A stretch of DNA of 64,000 bases from Paraspadella gotoi (lineage: Eukaryota > Animalia > Chaetognatha), in contig CM119265.1 in NCBI GenBank assembly GCA_051294375.1, positions 22,320,278 through 22,384,277 on the forward strand, given 5' to 3'. Positions 40,531 to 55,460 of this stretch are shown one piece after another. Under the pieces are notes generated by a model. That model searched no databases, was not told the origin of the DNA, and saw nothing but the letters and a program-made list of their open reading frames with translations. Every line of letters starts with the position of its first letter. The first letter of the stretch is position 1. A program made the position numbers and the translations under genes.

Positions 40531-43175
40531 TTCTATTTTTTATAATAAATATTAAATATTTATCTTTTTTTTATTTCTTCAACGTCATCGTTCTCTCCAG
40601 ATCCAGAATTCTTCTTTGTTCTAGTTTGAAGAACAAAGACCGAACAATCGGTAGACCTGACATTTAACCCAAAAGGGATTAGAACTGATTTAGACGAAGG
40701 GAGTAGAGGAAAGAGCTTTGGCCCGACGGCTTGTACGCCTCTGTCCCTGAATCTTGGACTTTGGAAGAAGAGAGAAGGATCGAGTCGCTTTATGTCAGGG
40801 TCGAAGTCAGCCTTACATATTTAAGATCTTTTAAGGGGATTCTTTTAGTGTACTAAGACGTGCTGAGTTCTCTCTGGGTACCCTTTTGAGGTGGGACAGA
40901 GAGAGAGAGAGAGAGAGAGNNNNNNNNNNNNNNNNNNNNNNNNNNNNNNNNNNNNNNNNNNNNNNNNNNNNNNNNNNNNNNNNNNNNNNNNNNNNNNNNN
41001 NNNNNNNNNNNNNNNNNNNNNNNNNNNNNNNNNNNNNNNNNNNNNNNNNNNNNNNNNNNNNNNNNNNNNNNNNNNNNNNNNNNNNNNNNNNNNNNNNNNN
41101 NAAGTGAAAAAAACATCCCGAAAAAATGAGTGGAAAATTCTGGGAAACCATCTTCTCCGTTGACGGAAAGAATTTTACTGTTTATAGGGGAACGAGTTGA
41201 GTCGTTAAGGNNNNNNNNNNNNNNNNNNNNNNNNNNNNNNNNNNNNNNNNNNNNNNNNNNNNNNNNNNNNNNNNNNNNNNNNNNNNNNNNNNNNNNNNNN
41301 NNNNNNNNNNNNNNNNNNNNNNNNNNNNNNNNNNNNNNNNNNNNNNNNNNNNNNNNNNNNNNNNNNNNNNNNNNNNNNNNNNNNNNNNNNNNNNNNNNNN
41401 NNNNNNNNNNNNNNNNNNNNNNNNNNNNNNNNNNNNNNNNNNNNNNNNNNNNNNNNNNNNNNNNNNAGAAAATGGGCACCGGAAAACGAGGTCTGTTGAT
41501 GGCCTTACCTTTTCGAGGAGTAAGTCTCCGCCCATAGAATTGACATCAACACGGGGTGAGCAATTTTGGAGGCGAGAAGGAAAACGAGGGGGCAGGAAAG
41601 AGAGGGAGAGAGAGGGAAAGAGAGGGAAAGAGGGGAAAGAGTGGGAAAGAGGGAAAAGATAGGGAAAGAGAGGAAAAGAGAGGAAAAGAGAGGGAAAGAG
41701 GGGAAAGAGAGGGAAAGAAAAGAAAGGGAGAATAGGAGTAAAGGAAAAGAAACGAATTATAAAAAAGAAAATAAAAATAAAGGAAAACAAAATTTTTTAA
41801 AAAAATAAATAAACAAATAAATAAATAAATAAATAAATAGAGAAATAAATAGAGAAATAAATAAATAAATAAATAAATAAATNNNNNNNNNNNNNNNNNN
41901 NNNNNNNNNNNNNNNNNNNNNNNNNNNNNNNNNNNNNNNNNNNNNNNNNNNNNNNNNNNNNNNNNNNNNNNNNNNNNNNNNNNNNNNNNNNNNNNNNNNN
42001 NNNNNNNNNNNNNNNNNNNNNNNNNNNNNNNNNNNNNNNNNNNNNNNNNNNNNNNNNNNNNNNNNNNNNNNNNNNNNNNNNNNNNNNNNNNNNNNNNNNA
42101 AGAAAGAAAGAAAGAAAGAAAGAAAAAAAGAAAGACAGACAGAGAGAATTCGTGACACGTACAGGGTGTGCGGACAAGAACGTTCGCTTCGGTTTTCCTT
42201 CCGAAGCAAATATTTGTCAACCTTTTTTTTGCTCCTCCGTTAAAAAGGAAGAAGCGAGTGTAACATAAAAAAAAGGCCTTGGATTGTTACCCTCCTTGTC
42301 ACTTTTTCCCCACACTTGGAAAGAAAGATGGAAAAAAATTGAAGATGTTGAACTTTTTCCAAAAAAAAGTTTTATGAGTTAAAAAAAAGTGATTAATAAT
42401 TTATTGGCTTTTCTACAAACGATAATAGCAGCATGTAGATAAAATTAATAATATAAAACTCTATTCAGTCTTAAAAAAGCGCCAGGACTTAATACTATTT
42501 CCAAAAAGCCAAAGACCGTGCGCTCCTTTCACCCTCTCGCCCTCTTCTCCTTTCCCCCCCCCCAAAAAAGGTTGTGTGACAGAAAACCAATAATTGGGTC
42601 GAGAATCGAAGGAAAATCTTTTTCCTGTCAAATGTAAAAAGAACGAACGTCTGCATTGTCCTTTTCTTTGGTGGGTCTCTATTCTCGCCAAGAGATTTTT
42701 TGAATATTTTATTACATAATACATACTTTAACAAGAACGGTAATTAAAATGTTAGACATTCACCATATTTTACTGCAAAGGTTTTGGATGTGTTTAAGAT
42801 GTTTAATAAAATATTTATATCACATGGTTTAACTTTTCTTTAAAAGTTTTCAAATAAAAACAGGTTAATATAGCTAAGGCATTCCAGCTCAATGTTATTT
42901 AAATTCTTTTTTTCCTATTTAAATCGGTGAATAAGGCGTAAGGTGGCCTGAAGACTTTGTAACCAATAGTCATAGACAGGGTTACGTCTAATAGACGGGG
43001 TGAACTTACCAAAACCCCTAAGTCTTTAATAATCTTCCTCAAGCAAAAACTAAAAAGGAGATAATAGCTCTACCTCTTTTTTTGTTCTGTCGTCATAAAC
43101 GTCGTTTTCGTTTTCGTCGTCGTTTTCGTCGTCGTACTTAACGTCGTTATCTACCTCGTTATGTGAGAATTCTGC

Positions 43176-43209
<34 letters not shown>

Positions 43210-43329
43210 NNNNNNNNNNNNNNNNNNNNNNNNNTTGTTTTTGGAAATGATCCGACATCCCGAGCGATCATGAAGAGAGAGAAAGAAAAGGAGGAAGAGG
43301 AGAGGAGAGAGGGAGAAGAGAGAGAGAGA

Positions 43330-43382
<53 letters not shown>

Positions 43383-43499
43383 GACAGAATTCATAGCGGT
43401 AATACGACGTTCAAGTACGACGACGAAAACGACGACGAAAAACGAAAGACGACAGTATTATATCTGGGCGGACAGAGAGAACAAAAACTAGACACGGTT

Positions 43500-46400
43500 A
43501 TATAGGTTGTATGCCTTATATCTCCCTTTTTTAGCTCTGATTTGCTTAATCGATAAGATTATTGAGCGATCTTTTTTCATGGAAGATGTTCGCTTGGGAA
43601 GTTTGGGGCGTTTTGTCGTTACGGTAGCACCTGGCTCGGCCGCAGCTTCATTAGTGCGTACCTGGTCAGGGTGGGCTCCTTCGTTGGTAGAAATTGTCCT
43701 AGCAGTCTTGCTCTGGTTGGTTTAGGTCCCAACCCTTGCGGCTCTATATTCGCAGCCGTCTCGGGATTTAACTGAATAGGAAAAGACGAATCTTTACAAT
43801 AACAGTGAGCTGGAATGTGTTCTTTAAGTAGTCTCACTACTGAACAGCAACTGATTTATTTTGATAAACTCGTTCTTTTCAAAGTCACAGTGTACACAGA
43901 CCATGGTCGCAATTAAATATGTGTGTAATTATTAAAACATTCCTTACACTCGATTGTAAACACGCCTTTATATTGTCATGTAAATATCAGGATTTGATAT
44001 TGACTCACGTTTATAAGTCCCTTCGTTAAGGGTGGCACGCATATGAAATTACGTTGGATGAGTTTTTGTTAAAGTACCTGCTGTATCCTACGTAATAGAG
44101 GACTATTCATTGAACGAATATATAATATTCGTAGCTTGCGAGAGACGCACCAAAGAACACCGAAGAGTGAAGCGTGTTCGGGTTTGCTGAGGAGATGCCA
44201 CCGTTTGGCTGCGACTTTTGATAGCGGTTTAGAATCTAGGAATGAATTAGCAGTCTCTGATCGTTTGCTGGACCCTCGCAACTTCAGTACTAGTTCGGTA
44301 GATTTTTGTGCTGGCGTATCATCCTAGTGCCTCCATAGGCGGTTGCGCGCTTGGAGGTGTGGCGTTCCGGGGTCGAGACTGGTGATGAAGAGGCCGGGTC
44401 GAGAGCGTGAAGAGAGTGAGCATCCGGAGCCAGCTGCGCGTGAGATGTCTCTTTTGGAAAATGTATCAACGAGAGTACTAGGTCCTTATCAGAGTACAGT
44501 CTCGGAGGAGTACGCTTTGAACGATATTACGCCTCGAATATCTCTTTGGATCCATCGTTTTTCTGTGCGGAGGGGAAGCCAGGGTTCACTTGAGAGGCAG
44601 AGATAGACATCAGGTCTACACTCGGTTGAAGAGTCTTAGTATTAATATCCAAGAAAGCCTTCGACTGATCTAGTATGGAGTGTTTTTTATTTCTCAATGC
44701 TATAGTGTGATGGCTAGGTCCCTTGAGAGCTACAGCCAAAGCCTGTCAAAGTCGGGGAGCAAGATAGACTCGTTAGATTGTATCATATCTAATGTGTACT
44801 CAGGGATCAATTTGTCTGATCATTCTGGTTTGGAATTGTTACCTTATCTCTTACATTGCGCTTCCTCCGTTTGGCCTGGGGGCATTGCCACGTTTTTTAA
44901 GACTGATAGAGTTTATATTATTATTTTATCAACATGCTGCTTTATCGGTTTAGAAAAGCCAATAATTGTTAATTGTGGCAGCTAAAACTTAAAGCTGCCC
45001 TCACTGCTGTCCGTCCTCGCCGTGTGCTTCAATGGCTGAGTGATGCCGCAGAATCCGCCAAATGTATCATGTATCTATTATGCAGTCCCGTATATACACT
45101 GCCCGGGTTCAATCGAGCTTGAAGGTATTGGTCCCTTATCGGGTGGTGAATGCATCGCGAGGTTTTGGTGGCGTTAGAATGTGACGGTGCGAGGGGGATC
45201 ACTAGATTCATGGCTTAAGAACTAGTCCCAAGTGACAACGCGAAAGATGTCGGGTCCGAGAGGTGGATGTGCAGAGAGTCACATATCACCTTGGATCGGC
45301 CAGTATGTTCAGATGACATGGCGGCGGGCCATCTTTCCGAGAACCTGTGACTATCGTTTTCTAGAATGGCAAGCCACCGGCGGCTGGTTATTCGACATTA
45401 GGAGGCATATTTTGACCTAATTCGTTATTGCTGAGATACTTTGCCCTAGGTGGCACCTTAAACTCGCCAATTGGTGGAAATATATTATCAGACGTCTACC
45501 TTTTTTTTTTAACTCGTAAAACTTTTTTGTTGTTGGCAACATATTGATCATTGCTATCTTCAACTTGTTTTCACACTACTCTCGTCTCCTCTATGCCAGA
45601 GGTTACGAGTGGGTGTATATATAAGTGCACAAGGAGTGCATCAAGATCTCAAGGCCTCTCCTATCGATATCGTAATATGTTTGAGCAGGCTACTGCTTCT
45701 CGAGGCGTTCTTCTTTTTAACGTGGAGAATGGGAGCAAAAAACCAGGTTAACGCAACACTGTAGTAATTGACATCTGCGGCAGAGGAGAAAACGTCTCTG
45801 ATAAGCGACCGTGTCGTTGCTCACACTTGGACAGAGCCGAACGGCAATGGGCGCGCAGGGCCGGGCCTGTACGTTGTTCGAACAGGAATTATTCCACGTT
45901 CAGCGTTCATGTCGTGTCTTTCTCTCTTGTTTCTTTTCTCTTTCTTCACTCTTTTCCTGATTTTCCGATTACGTCTTTTACTTGTTCCGGTCTTTCACTT
46001 CTGTGTTCTCTCTCTTCTCTTAGGTGCATGTTTTTCTTCTGTATATGTCTTCTTTCTTTCTTTCTTTATTTATTTACTTTATTTATCATTTAATTAATTA
46101 ATTAATCTGAGTATTTCAGAATTTTATGCTCTTCATTTATGTCATTACTTAGTCTTCAATATTTATTAGTTAATTATTTATACGTATATTGATTTACTTA
46201 TTTTAATGAATATTAGTCAATTCAAATTTAGTCTCTATATGTGCTTTATCTTCCTCATATTGTATTATTCTGTATTTTTCTTTTTTTTTATATTTCTGAA
46301 TAATATAGTTTGGAGTTGACGTTTCCCTTGATTGATTGTATGACTTTTGTTTGACTTCTCTTTTTATAGATCTTGAGGGGTTGAGTTGTTTTCCACTATT

Positions 46401-49400
46401 AAAGGACTGATGGCGTTGAGCCTCGCTTGTTGGCGATCCTCGCTCTTGCTCGCCGCGTTCTGCTTGTGAGTTATTGCTTGTTTCGCACGTTTCAATTGGA
46501 ATCGATGAATCGTCTTCGTCCCGACGCGTTTGTTCTCGACTTTCCGCGTTCTTGTCGCACCAATCTGTTCGTTTGCTCACGTGAGCCTCTTTCTTATGTC
46601 GATCGCGTTTTGTCGCTTCTCTTTCCCCGTCTCTTCCTTCTCTTGTCGCTCTCTTTCTTCTGGGTGCTCGTACTCTTTCCCTGGCTTCGCTCTCTGTATC
46701 CCTCGCGTTGTTGACTCTTTCGAGCTTTTGTCGCATCTGATATTCTTAGTTGGGCTCGTTTTCTTGTATGACCAGCGCAGCCTGCTTCGCAGGTTCTCTC
46801 TTGTGCCGATTCGCAGGTGTCGGGGGCGCCGTTGGCGTCGCAGATAACGCCGTCCGGCGACGACGTTGGCTTTGTCCTTCTTAGGAATACTCCTCGACTG
46901 CATCTGGGTAAACTCTGCTATTTCTCCCCGAGCGCCAGTTTGAATACGCCACTCCGACGGTAAGTTTGTGGCCTCCAGCTTTTCTTTTCTTGTATATGCG
47001 CTGAACACCTTAAAACTTCCCCTGGTTCGCATGCAGTATTATACTTTCGCCGAGCTGAACGAGCTGCCCCCTCAACCAGTGCCTGAAAATAGCTGTCGAA
47101 TTTCCCGCTTACAGGTCGGACCACAATCCAGCTCCCTTATCGAATGGGCGCCGCACAGCTTCTGAATTATTTTTCGGTCCTAGCCTTGGTTAGCACAAAA
47201 AATAAAGCTACAGCGCCCCCCCTTTCTTTCACCCCCCTTAGGGCCTTCCCACTCTCTTGCGCTGTCTCGAGTACGGCGCCAACTGCTAGACTACTCTCTG
47301 TATGAGTTCAGTTTGTTGTGATACCAGAGTTGGGCACCCCCAGTTTCTTGGGTGATGGAGTAATATGCTGCTTGGATGAGGCCCTCCTTTAACATTTCGC
47401 TTTCGAAGGCGCTCGGTCTCGCAGTGCCGCCCTGGCGTCCAGCTTCGAGAGTCCTTAGGCTTCTTCACCAACTGAGGGCGTCGGTAGAGCGGCCGCGGCC
47501 ACCTTCTTTCCCTCGTGCGGCTATCCCTCGCGGGCCTTAACTAATACCTTTCCCGCCGGGTAGTATAGTTAACTCATTTAATCCCCTAAGAACCACTTGT
47601 GCCAAGTTCTTTTTATGGTCAGTGGGGCTCGCGTCGTCCTTTGATAGAGGCTCCTCTTTGGCTACATTGTCCCAATCCGCTTGCGGGGAATGTGTGGTCC
47701 TGAACACGCTCTCTTGCCCCGCTTTTTGTCCTACGACACACACAACGCCCCTTCCCTCTTTCGCCCCCCCTCTTTCCCCATCTCTTCCTCCCTTCCCCTC
47801 TCTAAGCCGTAGAAATCTCCAAGTGACTCTTGTCCTATGCTAGACCATCTTTTTGGTATTGACTACCAAACCTCGTGCTAGCGTCCAGCGCCTTGAAGTA
47901 CCGCGTTCGATGGTCGTGATAGATGGTTGCCTCAGGCGGATGATGAGGGCACGAGAAAATGTCGTCCGACGGTAGACCGAACGATAAAAATGTGGGATCT
48001 TCTTTCCGATGGATCTCCCGTGTCCCATAAGTCGCTGGCTAACAAGTCCTTGTTTCTCCTAGCCATTTTTTAATTCCGCATCGCGAAAAACGAGGAAATT
48101 GCTCGAAACACGAGGTAATAAGGAATGCGTTATCGACGAGCCCGGTTTTGCTTCAACAGATCTTCTGGTTTAACTGTCGATGTTTTGTGAAGTTATAAAT
48201 GCCCTTTTAAAGCAAAGTGATGGGCTCTAGTCCCTGTCCGAAGAAATGGACGTCTTATTCCTTCAATTGTCGTTGCTGATAAGGAAAGGTAAGGTCTGTG
48301 AAGGCCATGCAAAGCTGACCACGAGGCCGGTTCGAGTTGTTCCGTCCTACTTCTCGCTGGTTGGGCCCATTTTCCTTTCGGCGTTTCGTGCATAGTTAGG
48401 GCATCTTCCAGTGACGCAGCATGTTGACCCTGTCAATCTCGCCGTCCACTCTATTCACTATGCCTGGCCAATCCTCCGTACAAAGGTTTCTTTTCGCCGA
48501 CCGCTCTTCTCTCTCTCTCCCTCTACTCGATGGGAAGAAGTGGGTCGAAGTATCCATCGAGCTGGACCTTTTCCATACGACTGATAGCGCTCCACGCCTC
48601 GTTCCCCCACGGAGAGAAACCACTTTCAACGCCTCCTCTCAACGGTTTAACGAAGCAGCCTAAATAAATTTTTCCTTCCCTGGCCAGAGAAGGCTGCGAG
48701 AGCCTTCCGGACTCTTGGACAAGGAGTCGCACCTTACCCGTTTGGATGCGAAGTGGGTGACTACCCCGTGTTTGGCCCCTTTACTAGAATGTACGAATGG
48801 GTTCTTGGTGTAGATAGCAGACGCTCAGAGTGAACTTGAATCCAGCAATTTATACTCGCACATATTTTTCGGCCGCTTCGATTCTGATCTAAACTACTTG
48901 CGGCGATGTGTATACCTGTAGTCCCTGTTGACTTGCCGCGATATCGTCCCGAATATGTGCGTTATGTATTCCATATAAAAGTGACCTTCAGAATCAGGAG
49001 GGCGATCGTCGATGATTAGGGCAGTCAAGTAATTTTCGGCCAAAAAATCCGCACCTAAGAGTAGTGGTTGGTCTGACGTTGGCGACGACTGGAAACGTCA
49101 TCTCGGTCGAATTTTCCCTGTTGCCCCCAGTTGCACGAACTCTATTGAGGGTGCGATATGACTTCTATTGGCGACCCGTGTTGGCGGGCTGAGTTGATCT
49201 TTTGGAATCTGGGCATCCTGGCGCCATTGTTTTCTGAGTTTAGGCGGTGGACATTATTGGTCATTAGAGAGTGATGATTTCTTGCTGTCTCGGCGCCGGT
49301 CTACTCTCCGTCCGGAGTCCCGATCTCTCTCCTTATCTCTCCTCTCTCACTTTCCGTCTTGTTCTCTCCTCGGCGGGTCTCGGATGGAAGAGTCTCTCAA

Positions 49401-52200
49401 AACACTCAATCAAGCTCGCGTGTCCCACCGGTTTTCATAAAGTGGTGACCGCAGAGAGAACTCAGCACGTCTTAGTAACTAAAAAGAATCCTTTTGCTCA
49501 GCTAAGAAGAGATCATAATATGTTAAGCTGACTTCGAAACCGCGACCGTGAGTAATGAAGGGCAATCGCGAGACTTGGACCGCCCTCTTCGTGGGCGCGT
49601 TACTTCGGCCGCATATACGTCCAAGATTCAGGGGACAGAGGCGTACATGAGCCGTGCGGGCCAAAGCTCTTTCTCTAGATGTCGTCCCCGCCTTCCGTGG
49701 CTCGGTTTTCCCTCAAATTCCAATTTTTCTTCATGCTCTCGGTCGTTCTAAATCCTTTCTTTTGGGTTAAATGTCAGGTTCTTTTTTATGCCGCACAGCA
49801 CTGGGTGGGCATGACCATGCGGGCGTCATTTTCCCGAACTTTTCTAACATGCTTTGTGAAGCAGGAGGGTTCTGTTTGTGCTATATGGAGCATGCAGAGA
49901 GCAGTATGTTTAAGGATACTACTTCCATTTGCCTCCTTGCCCTTCGGTTTTCTGTGGTGTAGAAGAACTGGAAACTGCGTTTTAGAGGCAGGCGACGACC
50001 GCTTTGCAGAGAGAGATATAGAGACAATATAAGAGGACCGTAAAGTCGGTTCTCTGTATCGATTTACGATTCGATTAGAGAATTTCAAACTAAGGAAATT
50101 TCTAAATTCGTTGAAATTGCGGGAGTCTTCATCGATGCCTCTCTGGGATGTTGCTGATACCAAATAATAAAGATTACTCAGAGTTCTTGAAATAAATAAG
50201 ATTGTCGAATCCCGCAGGCTTATTGCCCTTGTCCCTTTCAGTTATCGGAAATGGCGATCCGGGCCACCTCTAGGACCAGGGCTTTGGTGTGATTTAATGC
50301 TTCCATCCACTATCTTAACAACTAGATACATTGACATGGACGCGGAAGCCAGGTCTCCTGAGCCCATCAAGCTTTTCATCGATTCTCAACAGTCTCGTTC
50401 TATTCACGTTTCCCTGAGATGTACCTCCGGCATGTTTGCCTAACAGGTCAACAGTTATTTTCGAGAAGTGCGCTGAGAAAGATGGTTTTCAGAAGCAAAT
50501 GTTCAATTCTGCCGCAAGGATTGTTTTCCATTGTCGTACATCATCGAGAGGAGTGAGATATACTCTCGTTTGTTTCTTCACTCTATGTTGAGCGAGGTGG
50601 CTTCTCCGCACTGGTCTTTGAGGTAAGCTTAGTTTCGGTAATCAGAGATGCGGCGCGCGTAAATTCGCCCGGGGGGAATACTAGCATGTTCGCGCGAGTC
50701 AACCATATTTTAACTCCTTTTTCGGTAGATTATGGTCGTATGCAGCTTTTAAGTGTTCCCTATTCATGCCTCTTGTCGCTGTTATCGTTCTGAACCACTA
50801 ACGGAGGAATTGAATTGACTCTGGGAATCGATTTTTGACTCCGAAATCTTCGATTCCGACCAGTGGCCGGACGGGCAAATTTTTTGTTTTGGCGGCGGGT
50901 GTGCCCAGCCTCAAACGGGTATAACACGCACGCGCCCTCAATATCTTTTTTGGATAACCATATTTCGATTGTACGACCATTAGGTTTGGATGAAAACAAT
51001 CGGAACGACGAAGATCGGGGCTTTCCGGTTTGCTGCGTCGTAGTCGAAGGGCAGCCACGTAGTTGGCGGCGGCCTAGAGCTGGCCGCGATAACGTGTCTT
51101 GTCTTGTGTTTTCGTCCTGTAAGAACTCGAGTTGGCCGCGCGTCCTCCCTGTAGCCATGTCAGCGTCCTCGAATCCGCCGATAGTTGATTCGTTTGAAAA
51201 GTCGAACGATGCCACGGAGATAAGTTAGGCGATACGAGTCAGCAACAAGTTTGGGTCCTTAGGAACGCTGGATTACGGACATTGCGTGCTTCCCTAACCC
51301 CAAAAGCCTAGCGGAGGCGAACTCTGAAGGATATACCAAAGAAGATCAGCTACCAACACCAACTACCAACACCAATAGCGAGGGTCGATTGGGATCCCTG
51401 ACCAATCAGAAGTGTTTTTCGGCGAGACCGGCTCGGTTGCCGGACGCCAACGCTGAGAAACGCGAGGCGTGAAACGCGAAGTCGGAAATTCGCTCATTGA
51501 CGGCGCCTTAGCGTACATTGCGTGTGTGAGTTCTTCGTTGATCAGGCGGTGCGCTCGTTACAAGGGACAGAGAAGAACAGGCGGAGAGAGTCCTGTCTAG
51601 GGTCGAATGAAATTAGAGTTCAACAGCGTCAGGTAGTAAAGCTCGCTTTTCCGGGGGAATAAAGGCTCCATAGTAAAAAAAAGGGGAACAGAATTCCCAA
51701 AAGCAAGATAAGATATAACAATCGAGAGCGTGAGCGGCGAATGTGGGACATAAGAGAAAGACTTAATGGTCCAAATCAATTTCCCCCTTGTCCCCATCAT
51801 TACGAGGCGCCGGTCGTCGTCTTATCAATACGAAAAATGGGGCGAAGTGCGCCCGAGTGTTGGCTGGACGCCGCGCCATGCATTCACGGCACGAACTGGT
51901 GATCGAAAAGGATATTGCGTCCTTAATTCAATCGTCGTTTTTCACCGATACGTGTTGTGCAGCGCGCGTTTGCGCGTTGTTGGCGCGACGAAAGGCGACG
52001 CCCATTATTGACTTAAATTGAATCCTGAGACATGGGCTCAGACTCGATGTAACGTAGCCAACAAGGAGCTGACTGAACGTTTATTTGCGAAAATGACTAA
52101 AGAGCGTCACACGTTAAGTGTGAGAGCGTTCACTCATGAAGAGAGACCATTAGCTGGGGCACGAGGCGAGGAAGACGACGAACCAAGGATGCACGGTAGC
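43500..52200 (-). mobile_element. Ty3/Gypsy LTR retrotransposon (gag-PR-RT-RH-IN), heavily frameshifted; boundaries approximate, LTRs not identified
   Basis: Microsatellite-free block with balanced composition. Minus-strand motifs fall in Gypsy order: gag-like NFNEFRNFLSLKF (~50120-50080), protease VD(T)GAET (49304-49284) and intact LLLGADFL (49064-49041), RT VY(V)DDI (47977-47958) and GLVVNTKK, RNase H ANVVA(DALSR) (46870-46838), integrase H..HLG (~45450), AM(D)LV(G)PL (45214-45183) and PQA(NG) (~44880). Bracketed residues need 1-nt corrections. Confidence 0.8.
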
Positions 52201-53132
52201 ACTGAACGATGATGATGATCAGATGGTTTTTGGATTTATCATAACAAGAATGATTGTTACATTGGATAAGTTGTATTTTAATTGATGGATTGAGATAAGA
52301 TTAAATTTAATGTCGAGAGTGAGATGATTTATGATATAATGATTCGAGAATGAGGATTTAGATTATCTTTTTGTCTCGTTTTCCATCTTTGGAACATTTG
52401 TTAATCGTCGTCATCGTCGTCGTCATCTTCGTCGTTATCCTCGTCGTCGCCGTCGTCGCCATTTTGAATCCCGGATTAAGAAAATTCGGGTCAGGGTCTC
52501 GGGAAAGGTTTCTCGATGACGACGGCAACGACGACGATAAAAACGACGACGGCGAGAATTATGTAGACGACGATATTAATGACGATTAGGATGACAGTGA
52601 CAGTGAGCCACGACAAAGAAGACGACGACTGTCATACATGACACCGGTTACGATAATAACCGGATGTCGTATTCTGACAATTAAATCGACTTAGTACTTC
52701 AAATGTATGAATGTTACGATTATTAACTGGCCACAAAACGTTGAGTTTTATTATCGTATATTGACGAATCAAGAATTTAAAGAATTTGTGATATAGTTTA
52801 ATAATATTCTTCATGCGATAACTTTAGTCAAACCGTTTTTTTTTTACGATACTCGTTAAGTGCATAAGTATCAGCGCCGGTCGCTCTGGTCAAACGAAGG
52901 ACGAGCTTCGCGCAGGACGAGATAATATTGCGAAAACGATTAGTCTTCTCTCTCAGGACGACGTTTAACCGTTGGTTCTACTAGGGGAGAGAAGACGAGA
53001 GATGAGAGAGAGAGAGAGAGAGAGAGACAAAGAGGACCGTACTTCGTCGAACCTAATGGGGAAAAAAACACGATTATTGAGAGTGATGAAGAGACAACAT
53101 ATACACACACACAACAGAGAAGAAAGAAAGAA

Positions 53133-53171
<39 letters not shown>

Positions 53172-53907
53172 CAAACTCGAAGAGAGCTCTCTGGTTCATG
53201 CAGATGAGCTGGAAAGCGAATCGTCTCCAAACGAGAAACGACGTGGGGTTATTTTGTTTTGTTTATAGTTTATTGTTTACTTTTTACTGTTATTGCTTAT
53301 TGTTTACAGTTTACTGTTTCCTTTTTTGGAGCTCAACCTCCGTCGTTTTTCTCACGATGGCGACAGACTTGGGCGTTGGTGTGGACTCCACACTGTGGTG
53401 GTGAAATCAGCGCTTTATTTAGAAAACTGTACACAGTGTCCACACTGTTCACACTCCACAGTGACAGAGCCGGTTATGTTTGTCTCGTTCGCTCTCAACA
53501 GCGGCGTCGGTGTCAACGTCTGTGTCGGCGTCTTTGTCGGTCTCAATATCCTGATCGCGTCTATGTCGGTCTCCGCCTCTGCTTCCGCAAGTTGTCGGTC
53601 TCAACCTCAGTGTCTGAGTCTTTGTCGGTCTCAATACCGGCGTCGTGGTCCGTAGCGCCATCTTCGGTTATCGAATTCTGTTATGCGATTCCGTGGATGG
53701 TTTTTATCGTCGACGCTCAAGAGATGGCGTCCGAAAATTTCTTTCATTATTCTTTGTCGTCGTCGTCGTCGTCGTCGTCGTAGTATTTGTCGTCTTAGTC
53801 GTCGTCGTCGTCGTCGCCCCCGCTGGAAAATGGCGCTCGCCGCTAAGGTTCGTCTGGAAATGTCCCATCAGTTTGTCATGATATCGTTATTGTTTTTTAT
53901 TATGGCC

Positions 53908-54028
<121 letters not shown>

Positions 54029-54394
54029 TAAACCTCCATTAATTGTCCGTGATTTGAGTCGACATCAGGTTTTATTCCCTTTTTCAATTAGTTTCTGTAC
54101 CGTCGCCTGGAAACGAGATTTAATCCAACAAATTCGGGGGAATATATTAAAAATTATAAATGTCCTATTGTTAATATCTAATTTATCGTCATTACTGATT
54201 AGTTTACAACGTATGGATACCGTTTTATAATTATAAATTATCTTTTACTTTTTATTGGTTATTAAACAAATTCTTTCCCATTTTCTTCATTTCTATTCCT
54301 TATGACCTATCACATCCTCTAATCACTCACATCTCACACATCCCATCACTCACTGATTCACTATTACGCCTCCACATCCACCACATTTCACTAA

Positions 54395-54739
<345 letters not shown>

Positions 54740-55266
54740 TAATTAAAGTATATTCTTTGCACTGAAAACGTCTAGCCACCCTTTGGAAGAAAGTAAAGAG
54801 AACTTATGGTTATTGTTATATTTTTTTGTTTTTCCGGTGTTGTCTCAACGAACCAAAACAATCGTTTTGATATAATTAACCTTCGAACCACCAGATGGCC
54901 GCATCTTCTCTTATTCTCCTCTCGCCTCTCTCCCTCATACTCTTCCTACCTTCTCCCCCCTCTTCCCTCTATCCCCTCGACCATCTTCCCCAAACCCCCC
55001 CCATCCCCTCTCCCCACCCATGTTACCCTCAACTGGTTTTTGATTCTGTTTGGAATTCTGTTGGACGAAGACAAAATCTGTTTCGTCGTCAAATATCGAG
55101 AAATTCGCGATGAAGAAAAGAAAGATTGAGGCGGAGTGGAAGGGGGGGGCGTTTGTTGTTGTTGTTGGTGGGTGATAGTTGAGAGAATTCCCTTTGAGGG
55201 AAAAAAGTGTGAGGAACAAAGGGGAAAAAGTGAAAAAAAAGAACGAAAATTAGGTAAATAAATCAA

Positions 55267-55460
55267 GGGGTCCTTTTATACAATTTAAACACATCTTAAA
55301 AACATTATACAGCTTCATTGATAGGTAAGCTAATAAACTGTTATTATTATGTAAGAGGGATGGAGGCCTTTACCAAGCATAAAAGTCAGGAGGCAAGATA
55401 GTTTATTAATCGAATTTAAACGGATACTAATTGTATATTGGTGATACCAATTTCATGGAA
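55267..55460 (+). repeat. Unclassified interspersed repeat, copy 3
   Basis: Homologous to 40294-40530. Confidence 0.7.

Noticed and set aside
50150-51356. TGGTATCAG and TGGTAGCTG (minus strand) as the Gypsy primer-binding site
   Set aside because: The matches are short, no adjacent LTR is identifiable, and the sequence is too noisy.
53372-53465. Short hairpins GTGTGGA-C-TCCACAC and CAGTGT-CC-ACACTG as a miRNA or MITE
   Set aside because: The stems are too short, and no boundaries or second copy were found.
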